Source of the DNA: an uncultured Nitrososphaerota archaeon | GTDB lineage: Archaea; Thermoproteota; Nitrososphaeria; Nitrososphaerales; Gagatemarchaeaceae | Assembly: GCA_963718895.1 (NCBI GenBank) | Contig: CAVRAG010000004.1 | Coordinates: 96,001-160,000, forward strand | Reading direction: 5' to 3' | DNA: 64,000 nt | Translations under genes and position numbers: made by a program | The notes under the pieces: model-generated | Database searches by the model: none | The model's input: only the letters and a program-made list of their open reading frames with translations | Told to the model about the DNA's origin: nothing | Shown: in pieces, positions 9,351 through 19,873 of the stretch | Layout: the number at the start of each line of letters is the position of its first letter | How positions within the stretch are numbered: the stretch's first letter is position 1

Positions 9351-10016
9351 TTGGACACCCCTCCCGTCGAACCTGACCTTGTGGGACCCTGGAGCAGGAA
9401 CACCTGGGTCTACGGATTGAGGACGCCGTTCAGCTTCGTCTTCGTGGGATGGTTGACTCTGGCGCAGGCCATAACGCCCAAGTTCAATGTCGAGATCTAC
9501 CTGTTCACCATCCTCGCGGCGTTCCTGGGTCTCATAGTGGGCGCGCACTACATCGACATCGGGTCGAGCAGGGAGAAGTTCTCCCCGTATCTGAGGATCC
9601 CACGCGAGATGCTCGCCGTCGGGATCGCCTCGGTCGGGCTGGGCATCGCCGTCGGCGTGTACATGGCCCTGCGGTGGGACCTCCTCTTCCTCGCGTTCGT
9701 CCTCATCGAGGGGTTCGCGGCCGTGGCCTATCCGAGGGAGAACCCCAAGAGGGTGCATTCGTACCTGGGGTTCGGCCTCACCTGGGGGACCATCCCGTTC
9801 CTGGGTGCATATTTCATCCAGAGCTCCACGATAAGTCTGCTCGCCCTAGGGCTGTCCGCCTTCGTCGGGCTCAGCGTCGTGATGATGCACCACCTCGCGA
9901 TCATGAGCAGGGAGTCGCCGGCGTGGAAGGATGCGCTCTATCTGCTGAGGATATACAACTACTCGGTCTACGTGGTCGCCATCGCTGCCCTCGCGGGAGC
10001 GCTCATCGGCCTCTAG
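9351..10016 (+). CDS. multi-pass membrane protein, distant UbiA-prenyltransferase-like
   Basis: about 7 TM segments; AHYID, AY and H...FGLTWG.IPFLGAYF motifs; divergent from the methyltransferase. Confidence 0.6.
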   Translation: MDTPPVEPDLVGPWSRNTWVYGLRTPFSFVFVGWLTLAQAITPKFNVEIYLFTILAAFLGLIVGAHYIDIGSSREKFSPYLRIPREMLAVGIASVGLGIAVGVYMALRWDLLFLAFVLIEGFAAVAYPRENPKRVHSYLGFGLTWGTIPFLGAYFIQSSTISLLALGLSAFVGLSVVMMHHLAIMSRESPAWKDALYLLRIYNYSVYVVAIAALAGALIGL

Positions 10017-10222
10017 ACCTCCCTCAGCCAGAAGACCACCTTGCAGCTGTGGCAGACTCGGCCCCCGTACACCAGGCCCTTGCCGTCGCGAAACGGCTCG
10101 ACCTTCGACATGGGTCCCCCGCATCTCACGCACCTGTCCTCCGAGGGGCTCTGTCCGACCTTCCCCCAGTCGACCATGTAGTAGGTCTGGAAGATCAGGT
10201 CCCCCGCGTCGTCGATCTCCAT
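10013..10222 (-). CDS. small zinc-ribbon protein
   Basis: CVRCG...CHSC. Confidence 0.7.
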   Translation of the reverse strand: MEIDDAGDLIFQTYYMVDWGKVGQSPSEDRCVRCGGPMSKVEPFRDGKGLVYGGRVCHSCKVVFWLREV

Positions 10223-10301
10223 CCTGGCCCCGGACGGCCGGGCTTCTAGAAAAACCTGCTCTCCGGGATGGTTTAAACGGGTCCCCTGCTACCGCGGCAA
10301 C

Positions 10302-11525
10302 GTGGAGAAGCTCTTCGAGAGGTCGATCCATGACGCGTCGATGCTCATGAAGCTCACCGAGGACGACCACGACCTCTTCCAGAGGGTGGACGCCGCCTGC
10401 GACGAGCTGCTGATCCCCGAGTTCGAGAAGTACATCGAGAGAAGGTTCAACGACCAGGTCCCCGTAGTCCTGAAGAAGCACGACCTGATGGGGATCCCGA
10501 TCTCGAAGAAGTACGGCGGCTGCGGGGCCGGGACGCTGGTCCACTCGCTGACCCTGGAGAGGTTCGGCCAGCTCGGGCTCGGGGTCGTGACCTTCGTCGA
10601 CGTCCACCAGGCGCTCGGCAGCCTGACGATACAGGAGTGGGGGACGGAGGAACAGAAGCAGAGATACCTGACGAGGGCTGCGACCGGCGAGGTCGTCCTC
10701 GCCTACGCGCTCACCGAGCCGGAGGCGGGGAGCGACCCTGTATCCCTGAAGACCCAGTTCAGGAAGGACGGTGACGACTACTACCTCACCGGCTCCAAGT
10801 ACCTGATCTCGAACGGGTCCATCGCCGACAGGGTGATAGTCTTCGCCTACCCCGAGGGACAGACGAAGGGGATGACGGCGTTCCTGGTCGACGTGAAGGC
10901 GAAGGGGTTTGCCGTCGAGATGAGGCTGGAGGAGAAGATGGGGCTGTTCACCTCGGACACGGCCATGCTCTCCTTCGACGGCGTGAGAGTCCAGAAGGAG
11001 GACGTCATAGGCGAGGAGGGAAGAGGACTGGCAGTGGCGTACTCGGCGCTGCTGAACGGAAGGATAGGGATAGCGTCCGGATGCCTGGGCGTGATGGAGG
11101 ACTGCCTCAACCAGGTGAAGGAGAGGGCCTCTTCTAGGATGCAGCACGGCAAGGCGATAGGGAAGCACCAGCTGATCCAGAGGCACATCGCCAGGATCGC
11201 ATCGAACCTCGAGTCCTCGAGGTGGCTGACGTACCAGGCGGCGCTGAAGAAGGAGCAGTACGGCGACAACAAGGCCGACCTCGCGCTCCGCTCAGAGGCG
11301 GACAGGATCTCGGCCGTGGCGAAGTACGTCTCGTCGAGGGCGGCGTTCGACTCGGCGGACAGCGCGGTCCAGTGCTTCGGCGGATTCGGGTACTCGATAC
11401 TCTCCCCGGTCGCGAAGCACCTGATAGACACCCGGGTCGCTCGGATCTACGAGGGGACTGACGAGGTGATGGAGCTGAAGATCGCGTCGACCGTCCTAGG
11501 CAAGGAGTTCGAGGCCTACAGGTAG
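10302..11525 (+). CDS. acyl-CoA dehydrogenase
   Basis: YALTEPEAGSD, GSKYLISNG, FGGFGY, IYEGTDE. Confidence 0.95.
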   Translation: MEKLFERSIHDASMLMKLTEDDHDLFQRVDAACDELLIPEFEKYIERRFNDQVPVVLKKHDLMGIPISKKYGGCGAGTLVHSLTLERFGQLGLGVVTFVDVHQALGSLTIQEWGTEEQKQRYLTRAATGEVVLAYALTEPEAGSDPVSLKTQFRKDGDDYYLTGSKYLISNGSIADRVIVFAYPEGQTKGMTAFLVDVKAKGFAVEMRLEEKMGLFTSDTAMLSFDGVRVQKEDVIGEEGRGLAVAYSALLNGRIGIASGCLGVMEDCLNQVKERASSRMQHGKAIGKHQLIQRHIARIASNLESSRWLTYQAALKKEQYGDNKADLALRSEADRISAVAKYVSSRAAFDSADSAVQCFGGFGYSILSPVAKHLIDTRVARIYEGTDEVMELKIASTVLGKEFEAYR

Positions 11526-11563
11526 GACAGAAGGGATATAGAGAGACATCGTGGAGGACGGAC

Positions 11564-12028
11564 ATGCAACTTCATCTTGAAGGTTCCGAAGACCTCAACC
11601 TTCCAAGAGAGCGGGTCTATCAGCTGCTCACCGACTCGAGCTTCATCGCCAAGTCACTCCCCGACGCGGAGGAGACGAAGGTCGTAGACGACAGCAACAT
11701 CGAAGCCAAGATGAAGATCAAGATGTCCTTCCTCACGGCGCACATGGCCGTGAAGCTGAAGATAGCCGACAAGGTGCCCTCCCAGCACGCCAGGCTGTAC
11801 GTGGACGGCTCCGGGAGCGGGAGCAACATGAAGATCGCGAGCGACTTCGACCTCGAGGGCGACACGGCCACGAAGATGAAGTGGGCCGCCAACGCGGAGA
11901 TCACCGGCGTGATGGCCGGGATAGGGTCGAGCATCATCAAGGGATTCGCCGAGAAGAAGGTCAGAGAGGTCTTCGACGGAATCAAGACCTCGATGGTCCA
12001 GGCCGGCCCCGAAGCCGGTCAAATATAG
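11564..12028 (+). CDS. CoxG/SRPBCC family protein
   Basis: CoxG pattern (PRERVYQLLTD...LP...GVMAGIGSSII). Confidence 0.85.
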   Translation: MQLHLEGSEDLNLPRERVYQLLTDSSFIAKSLPDAEETKVVDDSNIEAKMKIKMSFLTAHMAVKLKIADKVPSQHARLYVDGSGSGSNMKIASDFDLEGDTATKMKWAANAEITGVMAGIGSSIIKGFAEKKVREVFDGIKTSMVQAGPEAGQI

Positions 12029-13572
12029 TCGAGTAGTGTCGACGGCTTCGTCTTTCTCTCGGCCTTCTTGACCTGCCCGGTCGAGACGAGGCTCTTCATG
12101 AACCTCTCCCTGCTCATGCTGCTGTAGTAGTATGCCTCGTCCACGGTCCCCTCCGCCAGGAGAATTATGACCCTGCCCGGGCGGGTCCTCCCGGTCCTCC
12201 CCTTCCTCTGGATCGACCTTATCTCCGAGGGCACGGCCTCGTAGAAGACGACGAGGTCGACGTCCGGCACGTGCAGACCCTCCTCGCCTATGCTGCTGCT
12301 GACGAGCACGGTGAAGTCGCCCCCGCGGAACTGTTCGAGGGTCAGCGTCTGCTTCTTCTGGTCCATCCCCTCGTTGTCGACCTTGTTGGCCTGGCCGACG
12401 AATCGCATCGAGGTGACCCCGATGGCGTCCAGGCGCTCAGTGATGGTCTCGATCGTGTCCCTGTACTGGGTGAATACGATGATCTTCGAGTCGGCCTTCG
12501 AGGCGAGCTGGTCTCTTACTATCTCTGCCAGCTTCTCGAGCTTGGGGTTCGTGACGTCCTTCAGCTTCTCGGCCTCCGCTTCGATGAAGAGCCAGCGCTT
12601 GTCCCTCAGGAGCGCCTGCGCCGACTTGCCCTGCTCCGGCTTCTCCCTGAACCTGACCAGGTACTTCTCCAGGACCGCGGGACCCTGGGTCTCCAGCAGC
12701 TCGACCGCGTGGAGTATCATGATCCCCTGCGCCTGGTTGATCAGGGAACCGAAGAGGTATCCCTTGTTCCCCCCGCTCGTGTCGGCGGCCTTCAGTCTGG
12801 ACAGGATAGTCTGCCTGGCCGCGAGGAGCATCGTCTTCGTCAGGCGGGTCTTAGGGAGGAAACCAGCCTCGACCAGCCTGGTGACCTTCTCGTTGTAGAT
12901 CTCCCTCAGGGCGTGAATGAGCGTCGAGTACTCGGGCGGGAGGGCGACCTTGACCCCCTCGAGCCTGGTCTTCTCGACGTAGGGTTTCACGTCCTCGTCG
13001 TCCTCGGTCCTGATCTCGACCTTCTCGATGTACAGGTTGCGCATTATCTCGTCGACCTTCGCCCTCGACCCGCCAGGGGAGGCGGTCAGCCCCAGTATCA
13101 GCGGATTCCATCCCTGCTCCTTGTAGATGGCCGCGAGCTGCGTGTACGAGTAGTCCTTGACGGAGCGGTGCGCCTCGTCGAAGACGAGGAGGACCGTCTC
13201 GTTCAGCTCGACCCTGCCCGCCCTCAGGTCGTTCCTGACGGTCTGGGGAGTCGCGAAGACGTACCTGGACCGCCTCCAGAGGTAGCTGCGTTCCACAGGA
13301 TCCGTCTCGCCGGTCATTATCGCCACCTCGTTGTCCTTGAGGCCCATCATCCGCTGGAACGTCTCGTAGTGCTGCAGCGCGAGCGGCTTCGTCGGAGCGA
13401 GCATCACGATCTTGCCCTTCGGGAACTTCTCAAGCCTCGCCTTGGCCACGAGCATCGCGACCATCGTCTTCCCCAGCCCTGTCGGGAGGACGACCAGCGT
13501 GTTGGTCCGAGAGGCGACCTCGGCTATGTTCTGCTGGTAGGCCCTCGGCTGGAGGGTGTTCTCTGGGAGCAA
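12019..13572 (-). CDS. hef: Hef/FANCM-like SF2 helicase without ERCC4 nuclease domain
   Basis: PRAYQ, LPTGLGKT, DEAH, TASP, EEGLHVP, QRKGRTGR; only 517 aa. Confidence 0.9.
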   Translation of the reverse strand: MLPENTLQPRAYQQNIAEVASRTNTLVVLPTGLGKTMVAMLVAKARLEKFPKGKIVMLAPTKPLALQHYETFQRMMGLKDNEVAIMTGETDPVERSYLWRRSRYVFATPQTVRNDLRAGRVELNETVLLVFDEAHRSVKDYSYTQLAAIYKEQGWNPLILGLTASPGGSRAKVDEIMRNLYIEKVEIRTEDDEDVKPYVEKTRLEGVKVALPPEYSTLIHALREIYNEKVTRLVEAGFLPKTRLTKTMLLAARQTILSRLKAADTSGGNKGYLFGSLINQAQGIMILHAVELLETQGPAVLEKYLVRFREKPEQGKSAQALLRDKRWLFIEAEAEKLKDVTNPKLEKLAEIVRDQLASKADSKIIVFTQYRDTIETITERLDAIGVTSMRFVGQANKVDNEGMDQKKQTLTLEQFRGGDFTVLVSSSIGEEGLHVPDVDLVVFYEAVPSEIRSIQRKGRTGRTRPGRVIILLAEGTVDEAYYYSSMSRERFMKSLVSTGQVKKAERKTKPSTLLDYI

Positions 13573-13667
13573 GTCGCTACTAGGGCCTGGAAGCCCGTGA
13601 GCGCTAAAAAGCGTTCGGCCGTTCCTTGCGGAAAAAGGCCAATAGTCATATAATCACACGCCGCTGC

Positions 13668-14612
13668 GTGGCGAGAGAGTTGAAGGTCACCGTGGAGGCC
13701 CCGGCGTCCTCAGCCAACCTGGGACCCGGTTTTGACGTGTTCGCCCTTGCGTTGGACAGGCCGAGGGACAGGATCACGCTGAGTTCGGAGAGCGCCCAGA
13801 GGCTCTCGGTCGAGATGGAGCAGGTCGGGGACATCAGAACCCCCGCGTCGGCGGCCAAGAACGGCGCCGGGGCGGTCTGCCTCGCCATAGCCCGGGGTTT
13901 TGGGATCACGAAGAGGATTGGCGTAGAGATAACGAAGGGGATACCCATCGGGCTGGGCATGGGGAGCAGCGGTGCGTCTGCGGCTGCGGCGGCGTTCGCG
14001 ATGAACGAGCTCTTCGGCCTGGGCATGAGCGGCGACGACATGATACTCTACTCCGGAAAGGGCGAGGAGGTCACCTCAGGGACCGCGCACTACGACAACG
14101 TCTCGGCCTCGGTCCTCGGCGGGTTCGTCGTCGTGAGGGTGACAGAGAGGCCCGCCGCCATCAAGTACGAGCCTCCGGCAGACCTGGCCCTGGTGCTGGT
14201 CACGCCCTCCCTGAAGTTCCCGGAGCGCAAGACCGAATACACCCGCTCGGTGCTCCCCAAGATGATAGGGCTGAATATGATGGTTTCAAATGTTGCAAAC
14301 GCCAGCATGCTCGTTTCAGGCTTCGCAAGAGGCGACATCGCGATGATTGGATCAGGGATGAGGGATCGGGTAGTGGAGGAGGCCCGCAAGAAGCTGATAC
14401 CCGGTTATGACTCTGTGAAGAGGCACGCGATTGAGGCCGGAGCGGCCGGGGTCTGCATAAGCGGCGGCGGACCGTCCATGCTGGCCATACTGGACCGGAG
14501 CGAGCACGACCCCCGGGCCGTGATGGACAACATGGTCGCCGGTTTCGGCGAGGAGGGGGTCGAGTCGGACGGCTTCGTGACCAAGGTGGGAGGAGGGGCG
14601 GCTAAGGTATGA
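13668..14612 (+). CDS. thrB: homoserine kinase
   Basis: PASSANLGPGFD, IPIGLGMGSSGAS, HYDNV, ISGGGPS. Confidence 0.95.
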   Translation: MARELKVTVEAPASSANLGPGFDVFALALDRPRDRITLSSESAQRLSVEMEQVGDIRTPASAAKNGAGAVCLAIARGFGITKRIGVEITKGIPIGLGMGSSGASAAAAAFAMNELFGLGMSGDDMILYSGKGEEVTSGTAHYDNVSASVLGGFVVVRVTERPAAIKYEPPADLALVLVTPSLKFPERKTEYTRSVLPKMIGLNMMVSNVANASMLVSGFARGDIAMIGSGMRDRVVEEARKKLIPGYDSVKRHAIEAGAAGVCISGGGPSMLAILDRSEHDPRAVMDNMVAGFGEEGVESDGFVTKVGGGAAKV

Positions 14613-15856
14613 AGGTCGCGGCCGGCTGGACACTCCGCTGCATCGACTGCGGGTCCACATTCGAAACTGACCCTCCTGGCTATACCTGCTCCCGGTGCAA
14701 CGGCCTGTTGGAGGCCGTCAAGGAGGGCGGGTCCCTCTCCAGGGCAGAACTCTTTGGCAGGCCCGCGAAGGGCATCTGGAGGTTCCGCGCCCTGCTACCG
14801 TTCGGCGGGGACGTCCGCCCGGTCTCGCTGGACGAGGGCGGGACCCCTCTCATCAGGGCCGTCAACATTTCCGGGAAGCTCGGAGTCAGGAACCTGCACG
14901 TCAAGAACGAGGGCCAGAACCCTACGGGCTCCTTCAAGGACAGAGGGATGACGGTATCGGTGACCCGGGCGGTTCAGTCCGGCGTCAGGGTCCTGATCTG
15001 CGCCTCGACCGGGAACACCTCGGCCTCCATGTCGGCGTATGCCGCCCGGGCCGGCGTCGCCGCGGCGATAATCGTCCCGGCTGGGAAGGTAGCGGCCGGC
15101 AAGATGGTGCAGGCGACCGCCTTTGGCGCCACCATAATCAGGGTCGACGGCAACTTCGACGACGCGCTCTCGATGCTCCTTCAGACGATCTCGGGACTAC
15201 CGGGCTTCTCCGGGATGAACTCCGTGAATCCCTACCGCCTGGAGGGACAGAAGTCAGCGGCCTTCGAGATATACGAGCAGCTGGGGTTCTCGGTCCCGGA
15301 CTACGTCGTCCTCCCGGTGGGGAATGCGGGAAACATAAGCGCGATTTGGAAGGGGTTCAAGGAGCTCAGGGACTTCGGCATCACGGAGAAGGTCCCGCGG
15401 ATGGTCGGCGTGCAGGCCGAGGGCGCTTCGCCGATTGCGAGGGCGTTCTGGAAGGGGAGCGATACCATAACCCCCGTCGCGAGCCCGAGCACGATCGCCT
15501 CGGCGATAAGGATTGGAAGACCCGCCTCCGGAAAGAAGGCGCTCGCAGCGCTCAGGGAGTCGGAGGGCATGGTGCTCACGGTCACGGACGACGAGATAAC
15601 CGCGGCCCGGGGGATGCTCGCCTCCATGGAGGGCATCTTCGTCGAGCCGGCCAGCGCCGCCCCGGTAGCCGCGCTGAGGGAGATCGGCGGCAAGCTCGAG
15701 AAGGACGCCGTCGTCGTCTGCGTCTGCACGGGGAACGGGCTGAAGGACCAGGAGACCATACGGGTCGACATCGAGGGGACGCCCCTCGTCTCAGACAGGT
15801 CCGGGTTGACCGAGGTGCTCGAGCGGCTGGCTATCCGACCCCTGGTGCCAGCTTGA
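14609..15856 (+). CDS. thrC: threonine synthase
   Basis: NPTGSFKDRG, CASTGNTSAS, PVGNAGN, EPASAA, TGNGLKD; 4-nt overlap with thrB. Confidence 0.95.
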   Translation: MKVAAGWTLRCIDCGSTFETDPPGYTCSRCNGLLEAVKEGGSLSRAELFGRPAKGIWRFRALLPFGGDVRPVSLDEGGTPLIRAVNISGKLGVRNLHVKNEGQNPTGSFKDRGMTVSVTRAVQSGVRVLICASTGNTSASMSAYAARAGVAAAIIVPAGKVAAGKMVQATAFGATIIRVDGNFDDALSMLLQTISGLPGFSGMNSVNPYRLEGQKSAAFEIYEQLGFSVPDYVVLPVGNAGNISAIWKGFKELRDFGITEKVPRMVGVQAEGASPIARAFWKGSDTITPVASPSTIASAIRIGRPASGKKALAALRESEGMVLTVTDDEITAARGMLASMEGIFVEPASAAPVAALREIGGKLEKDAVVVCVCTGNGLKDQETIRVDIEGTPLVSDRSGLTEVLERLAIRPLVPA

Positions 15857-16640
15857 TGACCCGGGTCGTGTCTGCGCTCGGCCTGATATCGATGGAGTCT
15901 CCCACTCTGACGCGAATGCCGTTCCTCGACTTTATCACTCCGAAGAGCCGGGCGTCTGCATCGCGGGTGAGCCTGAGCCTGAACGAAGCCCCCCATGGAA
16001 CCGTGTACCGCAGCGGCGCCTCAGCGCTGTCGTTGCGGGCAGTCAGGACAGGCGCGATGTGGCACACGCCGACCTCGTCCCTGCCAATCAGGGTGTAGCT
16101 GTCAGGCTCGAGTCGGTCCACCATGCGCAGCCGGTCGACGTATGAGTAGTAGCCGGTAGAGCCGGCGCTGGTGCAGATGATCACGCCGTTTGCTATGGCC
16201 GAGTCCGTGAAGGCGAGCCCCCCTCCCCCCTGTACGTCGAGGTGATACCTGAGGCAGTTGCTGTCAGCTCCCTTCTCCAGATAGACGTCCGTGAAGACCT
16301 CGCCCCGGACGACCCCGTTTATCGCGACCTGGAGCCGTCTGTACTCGACGACGTTGTACCTCTTTCTCTTGATCTCCTCCAACGCCCCGCCGAGGCGGTC
16401 GAAGTGGACCTCGGCAAGGTATCCCTTCGAGGCCGTGGGCTCGGCAGACCGCACGCCGACGAAGAGGAGGGGAATCGAGATCAGCCTGCCGTAGTCGCTG
16501 AATATCCCGTCTCCCCCGACCACTATCCCGATGTCCGGTCTCCTCTGCGTGACCTGCAATCCGGCCTCCCTCAGCATCCGGAGGACCTCCGCCCTCTTCA
16601 CCTTGGGCCGCTCCGGGTCTATCAGGATGGACGCTCTCAA
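15831..16640 (-). CDS. NAD(+)/NADH kinase-like protein, divergent
   Basis: VGGDG, KGYL, ANGVIICTSAGSTGY. Confidence 0.75.
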   Translation of the reverse strand: MRASILIDPERPKVKRAEVLRMLREAGLQVTQRRPDIGIVVGGDGIFSDYGRLISIPLLFVGVRSAEPTASKGYLAEVHFDRLGGALEEIKRKRYNVVEYRRLQVAINGVVRGEVFTDVYLEKGADSNCLRYHLDVQGGGGLAFTDSAIANGVIICTSAGSTGYYSYVDRLRMVDRLEPDSYTLIGRDEVGVCHIAPVLTARNDSAEAPLRYTVPWGASFRLRLTRDADARLFGVIKSRNGIRVRVGDSIDIRPSADTTRVIKLAPGVG

Positions 16641-16643
16641 GCT

Positions 16644-18707
16644 TCACTCACGCTCGTTTGATCGAGTCCCGAGCTGCTCCTTGAGGGACTCGAGCTGCGT
16701 AATCGGGCTCTTGCACGCGAAGTTCTCGCAGATGTAGACGGCGGGCTTCCCGCCTATCTCCGTCTTTCCCTCCGTAAGCGAGGAGATCTCGGGGACGCCC
16801 CCTGCAGCGAGAGCGAGGACCTTGTTTGGAAGGAAGCGCATCTGGATCTCCCTTACCATGCCCTGCACATCCTTCTCACCCATCGATCCCGCCACCACCA
16901 CCTCCTTCGAGCCGAACCAGAAGTCGAGCGCGCAGAGCATGTAGGTGTGCGAGATGGGCGAGGACTCCAACGAGTCTCCGAAGGCCTTGAGGGTCTTCTC
17001 GGCCTTCTCCCTGAATTCCTGACGTCCCGTGAACTCTGAAAGGCGCAGGAGCGTGAGCGCCGCGGCGGCGTTGCCTGACGGCGTCGGGCCATCGTATCCT
17101 TCCTTCGCCCTGACCAGGACGTCGGGTGCCGAGCTCATGAAGAACCCTCCCCCGCTGGCGTCCCAGAAGAGCTCGTCCATCTTCTCGGCCAGCCGGACCG
17201 CTCCCCTGAGATAGGAGGGGTCGAAGCCCGCCTCGTAGAGGTCCAGCAGGCCTGCAGCGAGGAAGGAGTAGTCCTCGAGGGTCCCCTCGACCGCGACGGC
17301 CCCGTCCCTGTACCTCCTGAAGAGGATGTCCGAGACCAAGAGCTTCGCCAGGATGAAGTCGGCTGCCCCTGCCGCGGCCTCCAGGAACCTCCTCTCCCCG
17401 GTGACCTGGTAGGCGTACGCGAAAGCCGAGATGGCGAGCCCGTTCCACGAGGCGAGGACCTTGTCGTCGACAGCGGGTCGGCTCCTCTTGTTCCGGGCCT
17501 CGAGCAGCTTCGTCCTCGACTCTCTGACGACCTTCTTCGCGGCCTCGGCGTCCATGGCGAACTTTGAGGCGGCCTTCTCGATGGAACCAGTGACGTGGAG
17601 GATCGAGCGCCCGCCCTCGAAGTTGCCCTCGGGGACGACCCCGAAGATCTCGTCGATCAACCCGGAGTTCTTCTTTCCCAAGACCTCCTCGGTCTCTCCG
17701 GGCGTCCAGGTGTAGTAGTAGCCCTCACCGTCAGGAGTGTCTGCGTCCTGGGCGGAGTGGAACGCCCCCTCGGGACCCCTCATCTCTCTCAGCATCCACT
17801 CCAGCGTATCGACCGCCGTAGCGAGGAAAGTGGGCTCGCCCGTCACCTGATGCGCCTCGAGGTAGACGCGGGCGAGCAGAGCGTTGTCGTAGAGCATCTT
17901 CTCGAAGTGGGGCACGAGCCAGTACCTGTCGGTGGAGTAGCGGTGGAAACCTCCGCCCGCCTGGTCGTGGATGCCCCCGTCGGCCATCGATTGGAGGCTC
18001 TTCTTCACAGCCCGCAGCGCCGGCTCCTTCTTCGTCCTGCTGTGGTAGCGCAGCAGGAATTCGTGATAGCTCGGCAGGGGGAACTTCGGTGCCCCGCTGA
18101 AACCTCCGAACTGCTCGTCTAGGTTGGAGATGAGTTCGGCGTAGGCGCTGTCGGGTATCCACTTGGGAAGCTCGTCCCTGGGATGGAGCTCGTAGCCCCG
18201 CCCGATGTGCTTCATGAGTTCCTCGGAGTTCTCGGTGATTTCGCTGCGCTTGTTCTTCCAGAGATCCGAGATGAAGTCCAGGACCTGGGGGAAGCCCGGA
18301 AGCCCGTGAGCCGGGGCAGGAGGAAAGTACGTCCCCCCGTAGAAGGGCTTCAGGCCGGCGGTCAGGAAGACCGAGAGCGGCCAACCTCCCTGTCCGTTTA
18401 TCGCGATCACGGACTTCATGTATATCTCGTCGAGGTCCGGCCTCTCTTCTCTGTCGACCTTTATCGGGACGAACCGTGAGTTCAGCACCGATGCAATCTT
18501 CTCGTCCTCGAAGGACTCCTGAGCGAACCGATGACACCAGTGACAGGTGGAGTAGCCGATGCTGAGGAAGATCGGCTTGTCCTCCTCCTTGGCCTTTCGT
18601 ATGGCCTCGTCCCCCCACGGATACCAGTCCACCAGATTGTAGGCATGTTCAAGGAGGTACGGGCTCTTCTCGTTGATCAGTCGGTTGGGCCTTCGTTCCT
18701 CAGGCAT
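16644..18707 (-). CDS. YyaL/SSP411 thioredoxin-domain protein (DUF255)
   Basis: [45 protein letters not shown]. Confidence 0.93.
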   Translation of the reverse strand: MPEERRPNRLINEKSPYLLEHAYNLVDWYPWGDEAIRKAKEEDKPIFLSIGYSTCHWCHRFAQESFEDEKIASVLNSRFVPIKVDREERPDLDEIYMKSVIAINGQGGWPLSVFLTAGLKPFYGGTYFPPAPAHGLPGFPQVLDFISDLWKNKRSEITENSEELMKHIGRGYELHPRDELPKWIPDSAYAELISNLDEQFGGFSGAPKFPLPSYHEFLLRYHSRTKKEPALRAVKKSLQSMADGGIHDQAGGGFHRYSTDRYWLVPHFEKMLYDNALLARVYLEAHQVTGEPTFLATAVDTLEWMLREMRGPEGAFHSAQDADTPDGEGYYYTWTPGETEEVLGKKNSGLIDEIFGVVPEGNFEGGRSILHVTGSIEKAASKFAMDAEAAKKVVRESRTKLLEARNKRSRPAVDDKVLASWNGLAISAFAYAYQVTGERRFLEAAAGAADFILAKLLVSDILFRRYRDGAVAVEGTLEDYSFLAAGLLDLYEAGFDPSYLRGAVRLAEKMDELFWDASGGGFFMSSAPDVLVRAKEGYDGPTPSGNAAAALTLLRLSEFTGRQEFREKAEKTLKAFGDSLESSPISHTYMLCALDFWFGSKEVVVAGSMGEKDVQGMVREIQMRFLPNKVLALAAGGVPEISSLTEGKTEIGGKPAVYICENFACKSPITQLESLKEQLGTRSNERE

Positions 18708-18878
18708 TTTGGCCGGTCACTCGGAAGCCGCAATTTAAGGCTAAGCTAGGCTCATGCCAATCGGCGCGTATGCGGCGCTCTCCGGGTGAAAGGAAGCTGA
18801 AAGGGCGACTGGACACCGTTTGGCGAGATGCCCCTCCTTTTATAAGAGTCCTTTCAAAACTGAACAGGCGACGCCAAG

Positions 18879-19565
18879 TTGCCGAACACGTCCCTGGCCA
18901 GAGCCCTTTCCTCCGAGGCAAGGTGGAACATCCTTAACCTCTTGATGGCAAGGCCGCTCTCTGAGTCCCAGATACGCAAGGCCCTCGGAGCAGGCGCCCG
19001 TTCGGTTGGCGCCAATCTCTCCGAGCTCGTGAGCGCTCGCTTGGTGGACGTTCTTCATCAGAAGCTTCCATCAGGCAGGGAGGTGGTGGTCTACAGAATC
19101 GCACCATCTGCCCAGATGGTGGGCTTCCCACCGAGGAGCTACGAAGGCCTTAGCGAGGCTTTGATCAGAGGTCTCATCTCCTCACTGGGGGAGAAGAACG
19201 CAAGGTTTGTGATTCGGGACATAGGTCTGAAGCTCGGGGAGCAGATGGGACGCTCTCTGCTCACCGACACGGATTCGACGACGCTTACCATGAAGGAGTA
19301 CAGCGAGTTGTTCGTCAAGCGCCTGCTCGCTGCCCAGGACGCCTACCCCCAGATCCTGAGCCAGAAGCGTTCAGAGCTGGTCTATGAGCAATTCAACTGC
19401 CCCTTCCAAGAGCTTGCATCCAAGATGCCTGGGTTGATGTGCGACGTCATGGACGAAGCCGTGCACGACGGGCTAGACCGGGTTCTCAACGTCAAGACGG
19501 CCCGGCTCACCTGCATGGGACATGGTGACGCGGGGTGCAGGTTCCTCGTGACCCCGCGGCGTTGA
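18879..19565 (+). CDS. ArsR-type HTH regulator with Cys-rich V4R/SufR-like sensor domain
   Basis: LARALSSEARWNILNLL HTH; NCPF...C...CMGHGDAGCRF. Confidence 0.8.
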   Translation: MPNTSLARALSSEARWNILNLLMARPLSESQIRKALGAGARSVGANLSELVSARLVDVLHQKLPSGREVVVYRIAPSAQMVGFPPRSYEGLSEALIRGLISSLGEKNARFVIRDIGLKLGEQMGRSLLTDTDSTTLTMKEYSELFVKRLLAAQDAYPQILSQKRSELVYEQFNCPFQELASKMPGLMCDVMDEAVHDGLDRVLNVKTARLTCMGHGDAGCRFLVTPRR

Positions 19566-19871
19566 TTCCACCGAAGGCTCGCGAGTCCGCGTGCTGTAGA
19601 TGGAGTAGACGAGGATGACCAGCCCAATTGCCGTCAGGGTCGACCTGAAGGCGTGAGCCTCGTCCAGTGTGAATCCTAGGAACTGATAGAGCACGCCCTC
19701 CACGAGGGAGGCCGCTCCCAGCATGCCGAAGCCGACAGCTGCGAGAAGGAAGGAGTGGCTCCGACTTCTCCTGTAGCCCCGAACGGCCAGCAAGACCAGA
19801 ACTAGGGCGATTGCCAGGGAGAAGACCTCGATTGCGCTGATGTACAAGATGAGACTTGACTCGACGGCCAT
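19473..19871 (-). CDS. small 3-TM membrane protein of the type paired with archaeal wHTH regulators
   Basis: LAVRGYRR...LAAVGF...GLVILVYSIY; ATG 2 nt after the wHTH stop. Confidence 0.7.
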   Translation of the reverse strand: MAVESSLILYISAIEVFSLAIALVLVLLAVRGYRRSRSHSFLLAAVGFGMLGAASLVEGVLYQFLGFTLDEAHAFRSTLTAIGLVILVYSIYSTRTREPSVESTPRGHEEPAPRVTMSHAGEPGRLDVENPV

Positions 19872-19873
19872 CG

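Noticed and set aside
12271-16098. Long alternative-frame ORFs such as 12271-13653 and 14695-16098, and similar ones throughout
   Set aside because: These are shadow ORFs of high-GC coding sequence overlapping well-supported genes.
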